Shown: in pieces, positions 1 to 12,218 of the stretch
Numbering within the stretch: the stretch's first letter is position 1
Layout: every line of letters starts with the position of its first letter
Assembly: GCA_051362555.1 (NCBI GenBank)
Contig: CM120640.1
Location: forward strand, 22,430,225-22,494,224
DNA: 64,000 nt
Source: Lingula anatina
Taxonomy: Eukaryota > Animalia > Brachiopoda
Direction: 5' to 3'
The notes under the pieces: model-generated
The model's database searches: none
The model's input: only the letters and a program-made list of their open reading frames with translations
Told to the model about the DNA's origin: nothing
Position numbers and translations under genes: made by a program

Positions 1-658
1 CCTTATATCTCGAAAACTGGCAGAGATAAGTCCAAAGTTACTATTGAACTTGAATAGGAAGTCATATACTGGCAATCTTACTATGGCCTTGAAATTGACC
101 TTTGATCTACTATTTATGATGAACTGCACTTTGCATGTTTCCTGGCCTTCATATCTCCAAAATTGGCAAAGAAATGCCCATAGCTACTATTGAACTTTTA
201 TAGGAAGTCATATACTGTGACCTTGAAATTGACCTTTGACCTACTTTTTCACCACAAACTGAACTCTGCATATTTTCTTGCCCCTCATATCTTCAAAGCT
301 AGCAGAGATCTGCCCACTGTTGTCCCTAGGTTTTCTCTTTTGTCAGCAAATATGCAATACTGATAACGCATTTCAAGGAAAACCAATAGGCCTATTGTCT
401 AGAAAATCACAGGAGTGATCAGTGTTAGGAAAATACAGCTCAATTTGAACAGCTGCTTGTTTTGAACAGTTATGTTTGTTCGATATATATATATTTTTTC
501 ATATTTTGAGAACTCTTGTTTATTGCATTTCATAGAGCTTGTCAAGCACAAGACTGGTGGTGGTGTTCATTTTTTGGGGGTGGGGTTTCCATGAGAATGC
601 GCTTACTCCAGCTGGTGGTACAATATCCAGAGGCGGTATCGCCTCTCTGATCCTCTAG
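1..658 (+). mobile_element. Satellite-bearing non-autonomous Helitron/Helentron-like element, 3' part (runs off window start), intronic
   Basis: Tandem ~146-bp units (GGCAGAGATAAGTCC...GAATAGGAAGTCATATACTG...GACCTTGAAATTGACCTTTGA), then a tail ending in hairpin AGAGGCG-GTAT-CGCCTCT (629-646) and CTAG (655-658) followed by TT. Same family at 33620-34547 and 48360-48454. Confidence 0.7.
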
Positions 659-1472
659 TTTGATTTATCAATCTCCCCTTTGAGAATTACTCTAAAGAAA
701 ATAACATCTTAAAGATTTGCAAGTAATTATACTTGCCAATGGTTGTATGTGCAGATGTGTGTTTGCAGACTCTTATGTGTAATAACGTAGGCCAGGAGAA
801 TCACTGACCAATGATATATAGTGTTTGTACATGTATCTGCTAGCATAATGTTGCTAGTCAGGGAAGGGTTTATTTGCCATGTTCAGTCATGTAACCGTGC
901 TTAATTTCCAGCATGTTGTCTCTTTGTTGGTGTAGCAGCTGTGAACCATTAAACCTGCTTTTATTTGATTTTTGAAAATCTCACTCCATGCCTTTATGAG
1001 AACTGGCCTTATGACTTACAAAGTAACCTACTTCAGAAAATCTAGGAGCCTTTGTGAGAGATTATATGATTTATCAAGGTCTTCATGTGAGATTCTCATG
1101 TGTATTTTTTCTGGTTATTTCCAGCATTATATGTCCATTTGTGCCATGGCTAAAGAGTAAGATGGATAACTGTTATCTTTTGTCAGCACACAAAGTGGCA
1201 TTTTTTTATGTTCCATAACACTGTTAATATTTCCAGGGTTGAAAATCCCAGGCACCTATAAGTGACAAAAAAAAAAAAAAAAAAAAAAAAAAGGCACATA
1301 ATTTCTGGTGCAGAAAATTGCAAACTGATCAGGTCAATATTATCACATTTCATGCAAACAAGAAAAATTAGAAGGGGGAAGAAAGAGAAACAGATAACAG
1401 TCTGTACATATAGAAACTAGAAATGATGATGATGCAGATGTGGTAATTATCAGGTGATTCCTATGTCCTCAG

Positions 1473-4400
1473 GTGTATTGAACTGGTGGGCAGAGATGGG
1501 AGCTTGCCAGCGTCTCTTACCAATGGTGACCAGTGGAGATGGGAACTGTTTGTTACATGCAGCTTCACTAGGTAAGCTATATCTCATATGTTATGCAGCA
1601 GTTGTTTACGTTTAGAGAAAGAGATATCAATTTGACAGTAATTATCCCTGTAAGTGTGAGCGCAGACACTGTAATTGTGCTTGAGAGAGAAGTGTTATGA
1701 TGTGATAATTGGCAATACAACAGAGGTTTTACCTCCTGTTAATATTTCATCAGTTTACTTGATCATTGTTGTTATGTGACATTTCTTAAATGGCATTTCT
1801 TACTAATCTGGACTTGGATTTGCTAGAGGAAAATGTTAAAAGCTTTCCTTTTTTTTTTTTTTTGAAGGAATGTGGGGTTTCCATGACAGACTTCTTACCC
1901 TCAGGAAAGCTCTGTATAATACTCTAGTCCACAGTGATTACAAACTGGCATTCTACAGAAGATGGCGCTGGCAACAGACACAGGCAAACAAAGAGGTGAA
2001 TGGAATATCACTATTTATACCTGCAGACCTCAATGAAACTTTACTCACATGAAGACGTAAACATTTAATTATCCACTTGGATATTTTCTGTGGCTATTGG
2101 GAACACTATGTTTAAAAGTTTGTCCATTTGTCTGACCATTACACTAATTGGTGAAGATTCACATAATAATTTTAAGAAGTGATAAGTGAAGACCACTAAA
2201 AACTAAGACAACTTGAAGTGAAGGTACATGTCATAATTTGACGAAGTAATTATTTAAGACCACTTAAAACTTAAGTGCAAATGCCTCTTGTGTAGGCCTC
2301 GAGTAAGTTGTAATGAATTTTGTTAGCTTTCTTTTCAAGATCATAATAAATTGAGAAGGGGTTGAACAAGAATCCATGCACTTAGACAGCGTGATGGGTG
2401 GATGTGATTAACACATCATTAGTGTACTGATCACTGCTTTGCCATAGAAACATCTCATCCCTGTTCCAATTATTTCTGAAGAAGTGAGGGTTGAGGTGTA
2501 TTTTTAGACTGCCGTCACATTATTGTAAATTTCCAGATGTTTTATATATATACAACAGTTCCAAAGTAGTATGCTGTGATATGTTAAAAACTCTTCATGT
2601 GTGAAATGATTATTGTTCTAGTCTGGTCTGCTGTATTCTGAAGAAGAATGGTCAAAAGAATGGCAAAGTTTGCTTACTTTGGCCTCCAGTACACCACGTT
2701 CCCAGCCAGGTGGAAATGAGAGAGGATGTTGTGATAGTCCTGCTACCAGATCGTAAGTGAATTCTTTAAAAGGCGACTTGTCTTTGCAGATGATAGTAAA
2801 GTTATCAGATATTGATACGAAATAGTGCATCTTGTTTATTTTGATTTTATTTTTTATAGTGTGAGTTAAAACGCTTATCATTTAAGACAATGAAACAGCT
2901 TGTGAAGTTAAGTTTTGTGACATGACAAAGGGAAAAAGCTTAGATTAGTTTTTAATTGTTTTTATAAGAATGAACACTGTTATTCCTCAGATCCAGGCTA
3001 TCATGGCATAAATGTGAAGGAAATGGTGGAGACTTGTATTATGAAAGTTTAGAGGAGTTGCATGTGTTTGTCCTCGCCCATGTCCTCCATCGCACTGTCA
3101 TAGTGATAGCAGATCAGTACCTCAAGGATATCAATGGGGAGGCATTTGCTCCTATTCCCTTTGGTGGAATTTATCTCCCATATGAATGTGATCCCAAGAG
3201 TTGTCATAGGTCACCACTTGTGTTGACGTATGATGCTGCTCATTTCTCAGCATTAGTTGCCATGGAGTTAGAATCTTCACCAGTGGACAAACCAAGGCCT
3301 CCAGGTATTTGCAGTAATTCTTCTATTGGAACATGATTTTTGTATTATATTTACAAACGCATTAATTTGATTTTTTTAAATTTAAATCAAAAACCAGCAT
3401 TTTGAAATGACCAAAAAATTTGAGTACATTATTTGAAATAAACTCTGTCATCCATATATATATGTTCGAATTTGAATATGAGAACGCAACAATTTTTTTG
3501 CATTTCATTTCCTCTTGTATGCTTTTGTGTTCATATTTTAATATTTTCTGATAACATTTTAATATAGTAGAACGTTAATGCAAAGGATAGAACCAATTGC
3601 ATTTATCAGATCTTCAGCTGTCAGAATTTGATATCATTCATACATTGTTGATGTAACTGACTATGGTGGATTACCATTTTGTTAATTTTGGTTTCAGTTT
3701 TAGAAGTATTTGTCTCTATTGACAAAGTGAGTGTTGTCTTGCTTTATAGAAGCGGATTAAAAAGATGATTAATCCATTACCTCTGGTTTATTTCAGCTCT
3801 TATTCCACTGGTAGGGTCAGATTTTGAATTGCTCCCACTTCACTTTGCCATAGATCCTGGCGCTTCATTCCAGTGGATGAAGGATGAGGAGGACCCAAAA
3901 TTCCTCGCTAGATTTTCTCTTACCACTGAGGATAAGCTCAAGCTACTGGAGCGTTATCTGGACATCAAATGGGCACCCATCCCAATGGCAGATGATCTGG
4001 ACAGTTGTCCTTTCAAGGAGAATATTCTAATCAGTCAGGAGAGTGATAAATCTGAGCGTGATGAGACCAGATCAAGTAGTACTGGATCTTTTGAGTCAGA
4101 TGAAGGCATGAAAGCTTTGAATATGAATGACAATGGAAGGGAGAAAAACAAAATGGCCAAGCAAATGCAGACTGTAGCAAAACAATTTGGAAGCATTGGG
4201 AAATCCATGAAAAATAATATCAAAAAGTTTGGAACTATTGGGAAGTCAAAGAATAAGAACAAAAACAAAAGCAAGGATTACAAGGAGAATAATGGTTTGA
4301 ACACTGTAACTCAAAGTACTAGGAAAAGCTCCATATCTGCAGAGCTTCTTAGAGACCATACCACAGTCATGTGTGCAAGTTTGTCCCACAAAAGAGCAAA

Positions 4401-5604
4401 GCATGAGGAGGAAATGATCAAAAACTACCTGTCTTCTGCACGGGAAAGATTTGAGGAACACCAGAAGATAAAACAGAAAAAGAACGAAGAACTGAAGCAG
4501 AAGGTGGGGCAGAAAATTGAGGATGAAGTTGACAGTGCCCCTGTCCCATGCATTAATACTGGTTGTAAATTGTTTGGAACAGCAAACACTAATTATCTCT
4601 GTTCAGGTTGTTATAAACAACAGCAGCAACAGGTATTAGACATGCAGAGGGGGCCCGGTCAAAGCATACCAGGCCAAGAGAAATTAGAAGTTAAACTTAT
4701 TCCAAAGGTGGATAATAGAATTGCTAACAAACCTGGTGCTGAACAGAAAGATGCAACGCTGTATCAGTCTGGGAAGTCCAAATTTTACTTGCCCAGTGAG
4801 AGTGAGAGTCGGTCAACTGGGTCCAATCAGCCTGGAGAGCGTCCAGTCAGTGGTCGTCCTGTAGACCCTAATCTTAACAATACTGTGGTGCTCAATAACA
4901 CTGGTGGTCCTGGTCAGGCCAGCAAATCTAAAACATTAGAATTATCAAACTCCACTTTCTACCATGGCAACACAATAAGGAATCCCACTTCACAAGGCAG
5001 TGTTTTTATAATGCCCCCGCCAGGCCAGACCAGTGCTGTGTCAGGAATGAAGCGAGTGGCTCCACAACCCCCTCCCAACAGCAAAAGTGCAATACAGCAA
5101 GGACAGCGGGTTTCCATGCCAGAGCCACGGAATATATCAGGACATGGGCTGTCTGCAGCAGCAGCAGGGGCTCGGTCTTCTGTCCCGGCACAGTTTAACA
5201 GGGCTGGAGGCTCACCCCCTAGAAGCCCTCCTCAATCTATGGAGAGGTCTGTACCAATACAAATAATTCATGAAGATGGAACAAGAAGGGTTTTCAAGCC
5301 CCGAGGTGTGCAGCAACCACCACAAAGGGGATACCTGGACATGGGGTCCACTCAATCGGGGGGTTTGGCCAGTAGTAAGGTGACCCCAGGGTACAAAGTG
5401 GACATGCAGCATCAGGAACAACAGCAGGGGCAACACCCCCCAGATATTTGGTATGAAGGGAAAGATGCTATTAGGCGGAGATGCAAGACTCAGGGGTGCC
5501 CATTCTTTGGCACTGAGCAGACTGATTTTCTGTGTTCTGCTTGCTTCAAACAAAAACAGAAAACACTTCTGTATCTAGCAACTTCAAAGCAGACTGCTCT
5601 CTAG
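1473..5604 (+). CDS. OTUD7B: OTU domain deubiquitinase OTUD7A/B (Cezanne)-like, 3' five exons; 5' exons lie upstream of the window
   Basis: GT-AG exons in consistent phase: 1473-1571, 1868-1995, 2622-2752, 2991-3304, 3797-5604. They encode LNWW...[28 protein letters not shown] (catalytic Cys loop), [44 protein letters not shown] (catalytic His), [11 protein letters not shown] and C-terminal A20 zinc fingers. A versus B cannot be assigned; probably a co-ortholog. Confidence 0.92.
3797..5604 (+). CDS. OTUD7B: OTUD7-like terminal exon: end of OTU domain, basic NLS-like region, two A20-type zinc fingers
   Basis: ORF 3829-5604 with [21 protein letters not shown] (~4549-4611) and [21 protein letters not shown] (~5482-5544), both Cx4Cx11Cx2C. 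Confidence 0.9.
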
Positions 5605-8600
5605 AGTGCAGTGTTCAGTGAGTGTTTAAAGACTGTATGAATGAACCTATATACACCTGCACCTCAAGTTCTAGCAAAAAGGAAAAAGAAAACATTAATC
5701 AAATACAAGCTTTCCCTCTAGCCTAATTTGTGAAAATTATTATAGAGAGAGCTGGCCTTCTTGCTGAATTGAAGTGATACTACATGTGATACTAGATAAT
5801 TTTAATTTGATGAAATTTGTTCATTTCTCATAATGCCAAGAAAATTGTAATGGGTTATATATGTTAGTGCTGTAAAAAGCATATGGGTATATATATATAT
5901 ATATATATATATTGTACTATTTATATCAAAAGCTTCCAAAATGCTGATTGTGCAATTAAGATCTCTGGCCTTGCAAGCTTTATTTGTTAAGTGGGATAAA
6001 ATAACTTATCTAGCTTTAAAACTTGGAAAAGAGCAAGTGTTAAATGTATTCTTACCCAGTTATGTTTTCGTTTTTGCAGTTTGTGTATGTAGATTGCTGT
6101 CATATTTAAATCCTGGCCCAGGGTCTAGTTTTGGTATCTTCTGAATTGGCAACTTCCATATCTTCAGTTATATATATATATATATATATATATGTGGTTT
6201 CATCAGTCAACTCCTTAAATTAGAGTTATTGTTCTCTAATATCTTTCCGAGTGTCAAGTCACCTTCTTCCATGTCTAGTTGCTCATTCTCAATTTAATGA
6301 TTTTAATAGGTCTGTTTGCAAAACGTCTTTCATCAAATGTTTTTCAACATCAAGAGGCTGAGGTTAGTCATTACATTATTCAATTTGCTTGGTACTTGCA
6401 CTTCACAAAAAGTTCTCTTTCCCAGCTCATATTCTTTTATCACAACGGTGCTACAGCTAAGCGTCATGAAAACTTTAACGTTTTGTAAGAAGATGGCATT
6501 CATAGCAAGTTTTTCTCCCAAGAAATGGTACTACTCGAAATGTGATAGCAGCGAGCATTGCAGTAAGAGTTCGAATTACCCTCGATTCATTTTTACTTCT
6601 CTAAAACTCTAAAATAACAATGAGATTTTTAGTCCAGTAAAACATGTATGTAAAACATAAAGCGTATAGCAAAATAACCTTATTGTTATGCCAGTAACAG
6701 TCGAGCATTTCTCTCGGAAAAGTTGTGACCAGGAGAGGTGGGATGTGCAAAGGAGCACCAAATGCAATATGATTGAAGAAACGGATCTGTTTTATATTTG
6801 TTTAAACATATATCCTTCCTTTGTTTTATACTTTATGTATTATTCATAGTTGTTTAGATGTGTATTGTTAGCCAAAATTCCATCTATTTCTACACTGTAC
6901 CCATATTTGACAGCCAATGTTATTTATACAGCGCCAGTTCTCTACAAAAATGAGAAGTGCCAGCAGAATACATCGGCTGTTATGTAGTCGCTGCATCGCA
7001 TTCAAATGTTATTTATTGTTACTGCATAAAAATTAAACCATGGGAAAATGGTTATTTGTATTGTGATTTTCATTGTTTTTAGTTTATGATGAACAAACTT
7101 GAAAGGGATAACAACTTCATTTTGGCGGGAAAAGTACCATAAACGTATTTTCCCAGGGTTAACGACGATTTACGCATACTTTTCAATAGTCTATAACGAA
7201 TCCGTTCCCTTATTCAAAGTAAGTCGATTCTTTAAAGGGATAATAACTCTTCGTATGATATCTATATTTCACAATAAAAACATTGTACACAACTCATATA
7301 GAAATATAATATATTCTGTTTTACCACAAAAACGGCAATTATAGCTATTATTCTGATATCTGAGCTTGTCTTCAGATCACGTGACCTCCATTGATGGCTA
7401 TGCTCTTATAATCTCTTAAGAGATTTTAACAAAAAACCAAACTTTTTAGAAAAAAAACAGGGACTAAATTTGAATGTAAAAATGTATTTATTAACCATTG
7501 GTTAATATGGGAAAGTTGTTTACTCCAGGAAAATTCATTTTTTGGCCAAAGCGAAGAGTTATACACGTGGTTCGATGGCAAGCACAAATTTCATAATAAC
7601 CGCTATTTGGTGGTAAAGTGGAATTTATTATGGTTTTATGTGTTGTTTACAATTTATTTATTGTGGAATTTTTAATTTCATATGAAGAGTTTCATATGAA
7701 ATATCCTTTTGAACTGGAATGTTATCTGAATCGATTTATGTACGGCTCGCCGAATTGTAATAGAAAATGACGGGAGTGCACCACATGACCTTATATTTTT
7801 TTCAAGCAACTTGCGGACGAATGTTATATTCGACTTGCGCAACCGTAAGAGAATGGTCTGCTACAAACGTCAACGTGTCTTACTGGTAGAAGTGGTACGT
7901 GTGGAGATTTTTATTTTCAGGGCTGGCCGTGATACGAGTTGAACAATAGATATCAATGCCTTCAAAATCGTTAGAAACGCTAACATGCCTAGTCCCGATC
8001 TTTGTCCGTTATAACTGGTCATTATAATACATGTTTATATACAGAACTAATGGGAAAAGCACAAAAATCAAGTCTTGTAAAGATGGCGCTTGAACATGTA
8101 TTTCAGAAAATATGGGGAATTTTACTTACCTGTAGGACAACCTGGAGGCAGGTGTGTGTTACAAAAAGCTCTTCTTTGTAAACAACCGCACTCGTGCCTC
8201 TATTCCTGAGAAAAGGTATTGAATCGCCTTAGTATAGTTTTCCTGCCAAAACGGGAGGTCGCTATCTTACGTAAAACTCCCAAGTAATCCCCACGAGAAC
8301 GTGTAAATCGAAATGTATTCAGCAGCGTTTAAATCGGAATAAGTCATCCTCGGGATTGTGGAAAAGAAAATAATAATGATGAGAAAAACAATCGGAAGGA
8401 ATTCAGGTCACTGTTATGGCAACAGTATTATGTGTTGGATATCAATTGCTCATTAGAGAGAAATCTCAAGAGGGTCGAAACTTATATAACTGGATCGAAT
8501 ATATTTTCTCTTTTCAAAGAAGAAAAATATCCGATCATTAATAATGATTAAAAACGTCGCCCAAGTTAATTTCTTATTTCGGTGGTGGAGGAGTTTTTGT

Positions 8601-10373
8601 TTTATGGCGAATCCGTTCGGTGACAGATAAAAACATCGTCGGCGACAGGTGAAAAAAAATCCCCTTTCTTGTGGTTTGTGCTTTCGGGTGGTAACCTCAT
8701 AAAAAGTGGGGTGCTTGTATTTAATGCCGTGTTAATACTGAATATGAATTTAAATGCTACAAATTTCTTTTTTTTTTTTTTCGTTTTATTTAGTTATCGT
8801 TGTTAATTTAGTGTAATTATTACCATAATAATTTCGTGTGAGGAGCGGTTGTTTTTTTTAATGCAACCATGGAAAAATTTGTCAAAGTTTCAACCACCAT
8901 TTGCACAAGGGCGACGGCTGATTTTTTCCGGAGAATGCGTCTGGCTAGTTCACGTGAAAAGACTTGAAAATTCCTACAAGCACGTTGAATACATGTGTTT
9001 CTAAGAAATGACCTGGTGAAATATTTGGTCCATGTAATTTATGACCTGTAAAGCATGACAAATGTACCTGGATGAATTCAATACAATCAAATAATAAAAT
9101 CAACGTTACCAACATAAAAAGTGCCGAAAACAAGATATGGCTTATTTAACTTTTTCAGCCAAATGTACATAATTAGTTTGAATATTGTTATACATTTTAC
9201 CAAAATATCTGATATAACTGTTTGTGTTTTCGGCATTCATGTCGCTTGGGACGCCCTTTTGACGATTAATATAAAGCCCGTTATACCTGTTATCTATACT
9301 CGTCACATCTTATATTTACCCAAATATCAAACTAAGTCTTAATTAATTGGAAACGGATATATAATTGAGAATCCGTCAAAAATGATCCAGATTTTCCTTT
9401 TCAGGATACAGAGACTCAACGCTTTGTGTACAGTGAAAAGCTATTTTCACCTCGTAGCCGACTACTTTTTTCCATAGGGTAATGACATGTCCCTCATAAA
9501 CTAAGCTTTTTTACTTGCCTTTTCTCTTTGATGAACTAGAAACTGAATATCTAATCATATTTTCTCCAAGAAACTTGAAATTCAAGTATTTTATATTTAC
9601 TTAATTTCTTGCAAATTATCTACTTCCATCAGGTGTAAGTTTTCTATCAATGTTGAGCAAATAAATATGTCCTTAGGCAACCTTCACCGAACCTTTAGTT
9701 TATGAGTTCATGGACCAGGTAACTCGCCCGGTTGAGACTATTGAGAGAACACCTGTCCCGTGCTGAGGTCACGTTGGAACATGTGCGGTCCCAGACACAC
9801 GTTGCCGGAAACGTGTTCAACGTGAGTGACGTTTTATCACAAGGCAGTTCACGCTTGTACATGTAGGCGAGTTTATGTACAAGATGGGGGGTTACTCCTT
9901 GGTGCACCCGAGCTGTTTACCCTGCATCCCATGTTGGGACACGCCACAAAGAACACTTCGATCATAGGTTTATTTAAGTGGGGCAGTCCATTTTATTCCC
10001 GATAACTAAAGGTAAACTTTGATGTCAGTGTAGAACACCCCGTCGCACCTAAAAGGTATCCAGTGATTACGTTAATCTTGACGCATTAAGGAAAAGGCTT
10101 TTTTGTTATTTCGTTTAGTTCGTTGTCTTCAAGAGGGGGGTTACAAAACTACGAAATGTTTTACTATAAGTAATATAACCATTAAACTTTGTGAGTCTTT
10201 TATTTAGCTGTGTATTTCGACTAAAATATATAGTGTTAAATAAGAATATTATTTTGCGATTTTATGATAAAACCTCAACTGCACCTTTAAGTAATTTTAA
10301 AGATATTGTTTTGTATAAAATTATTTCTAAGGTGGTCTTATATTTGGTGTAAATGTATGGTGGGTTCTATAAA

Positions 10374-10601
10374 TTTTCTACACGAGTGCGTTGTTTCCCA
10401 CAGTTAACCTTTTAACCTTTGGCATACATTTAAAAAAAATTTTTAAGATTTTAATTATCAAGCGAACAACCTTCTGCGAGTTGAGAAGTTTTCTACACGG
10501 GTGCGTTGTTTCCCACAGTTAACCTATGGCATAATTTTTTTATTTTTATTTTTAAAGATTTTTATTATCAAGTGAACAACCTTCTGCGAGTTGAGAAGTT
10601 T
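10374..10601. repeat. Two-copy direct tandem duplication, ~115 bp unit
   Basis: TTTTCTACACG(A/G)GTGCGTTGTTTCCCACAGTTAACC...AACAACCTTCTGCGAGTTGAGAAGTTT occurs twice head to tail. Confidence 0.85.
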
Positions 10602-11509
10602 GTCTGCAAGAATCTGCAACTGGAGAACACAATTATCAGGCTCTTCATTAATATTCCGTTTATTACCTTTGATCCATCCATTAGTAATAACTGGCCCAGG
10701 GAATATCTGCCTTTAAATCCACCTATAGATTTGGAGATAGCACGAAGAGTTCAGAAATAAAAGATGATGACGTCAGGAGTTCAGTTGGGGACGATGGCTA
10801 GGTCAGCATGCGCAATGAGGCAAGGAATCTAACCTCTACCAGGTTCACAAATTGATTTTTCACTAAATTTATTAATGGATGTGTCTCGGCTAATTCATGA
10901 CACGATTCTCTGCTGATTATTCTTCGGCCCTGCTGATGTCTCAAAACCGACTGCATTACCACTATGAATGCCTTGATTATCCGTAGGTCTACAAAAAGAA
11001 TTCGTATTCAATGTCTTATGTCTTCAAAATTTTAATAACGATGCATAATAAACTATATAATGACCCGTCCTTTTAACTATTCATTCATTTATTTATTTAT
11101 TATGGAAAGTAAGCAAGCAAAATGATGTGATGTAAAAATAAAAAATAAATAAATAAGATAAAATAAAAAAAAGGAATACAGTACTGGATGTAAACTAATG
11201 TTCTATGTTTTGTATTGCTGTCCACCAGCAACGGCATTGCATTTTTGTATTGAGCACTCGTTAGGCATAGTTTGAGAACTTTTATCATCCATTGACCGTA
11301 TATAACGAGTGCTGGTAGAGGACTACTTTATCAGTTTATCTACAAATTTTATAACACATGACTGTTGGTTTAAAAGGCCACTTCAAATACCATACAGGTA
11401 ATATAGTGTAACAAAAAAGTTATTTGAATATAAATCCGTCTAAGAAATCAAGTGAGTGATAATTAGGCCAAACTAAATGTTTAATGAAGTATTTTACAGC
11501 ACAGGCATG

Positions 11510-11546
<37 letters not shown>

Positions 11547-11784
11547 TTTTTTTTAATACTGGAGCTTAATTGACACTTCTTGAATGCTTTTTTAAAAAAT
11601 ATTAGCAGTCTTTGCTTGCAACTTTTGATACCAACTTTTATCAGAGTAGAACGTACATGTGAAAGTGATATTATAGAGATTGATCACTCCCGCCCATTCA
11701 AATTCTCAAAAAGTATCTCTAAATACAACAAATAGGCTACATATGCTGTCCCAGGCAAAACCTGCATAATTACTGAAAACAATA

Positions 11785-11951
11785 CAGGGCCGTAGCCAGC
11801 AAGTTCAAAAGGGGGGTTCTTTTTCAGAAAAAGTGGACCTTTTTCCATAAAAGCTTCATGTACCTAGATGGAATTTTACCCAGAATGGACCTTTTCCCAG
11901 CAAAAGGGGCGGTTCTTTCGAACCCCCCGAACCCCCCTGGCTGCGGGCATG
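11785..11951. mobile_element. hAT-like MITE upstream of PARP14-like copy 1
   Basis: Imperfect TIRs CAGGGCCGTAGCCAG / CTGGCTGCGGGCATG; degenerate 8-bp flanks AAACAATA/CAACAAAA; absent from the paralogous site (~41180). Confidence 0.65.
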
Positions 11952-12047
11952 CAACAAAAGTCTATTCATAAAAATATGTGTATCTACTCTTTATATCAAA
12001 AACTCAAATCAGAAACACGTACTACGTGGACCCCTATGCTGTAACTG

Positions 12048-12182
12048 CCAATCTGATTTCGACTCCGCCCAGAAGGCAGAGCTATTTAAATATCTCAACA
12101 CGGCTGACGTCAAGCATTATTCTCGCGGTACAACGTCCTACTTCACTCCTCCATTTTATAATGGCGAATTACTTTCGCTTTG
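12048..12182 (+). promoter_or_regulatory. Putative core promoter of PARP14-like copy 1 (CCAAT, GC box, CRE, Inr-like, IRF element)
   Basis: CCAAT 12048-12052, CTCCGCCC 12063-12070, TATTTAAA 12083-12090, TGACGTCA 12105-12112, TCACTCC ~12143-12149, ACTTTCGCTTTG 12171-12182 (reverse CAAAGCGAAAGT). Locally CpG-rich; most motifs retained in copy 2. Confidence 0.6.
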
Positions 12183-12218
12183 ACTTGAAGGATCGAAGGC
12201 ATTTGTGATTTTCTCGCA

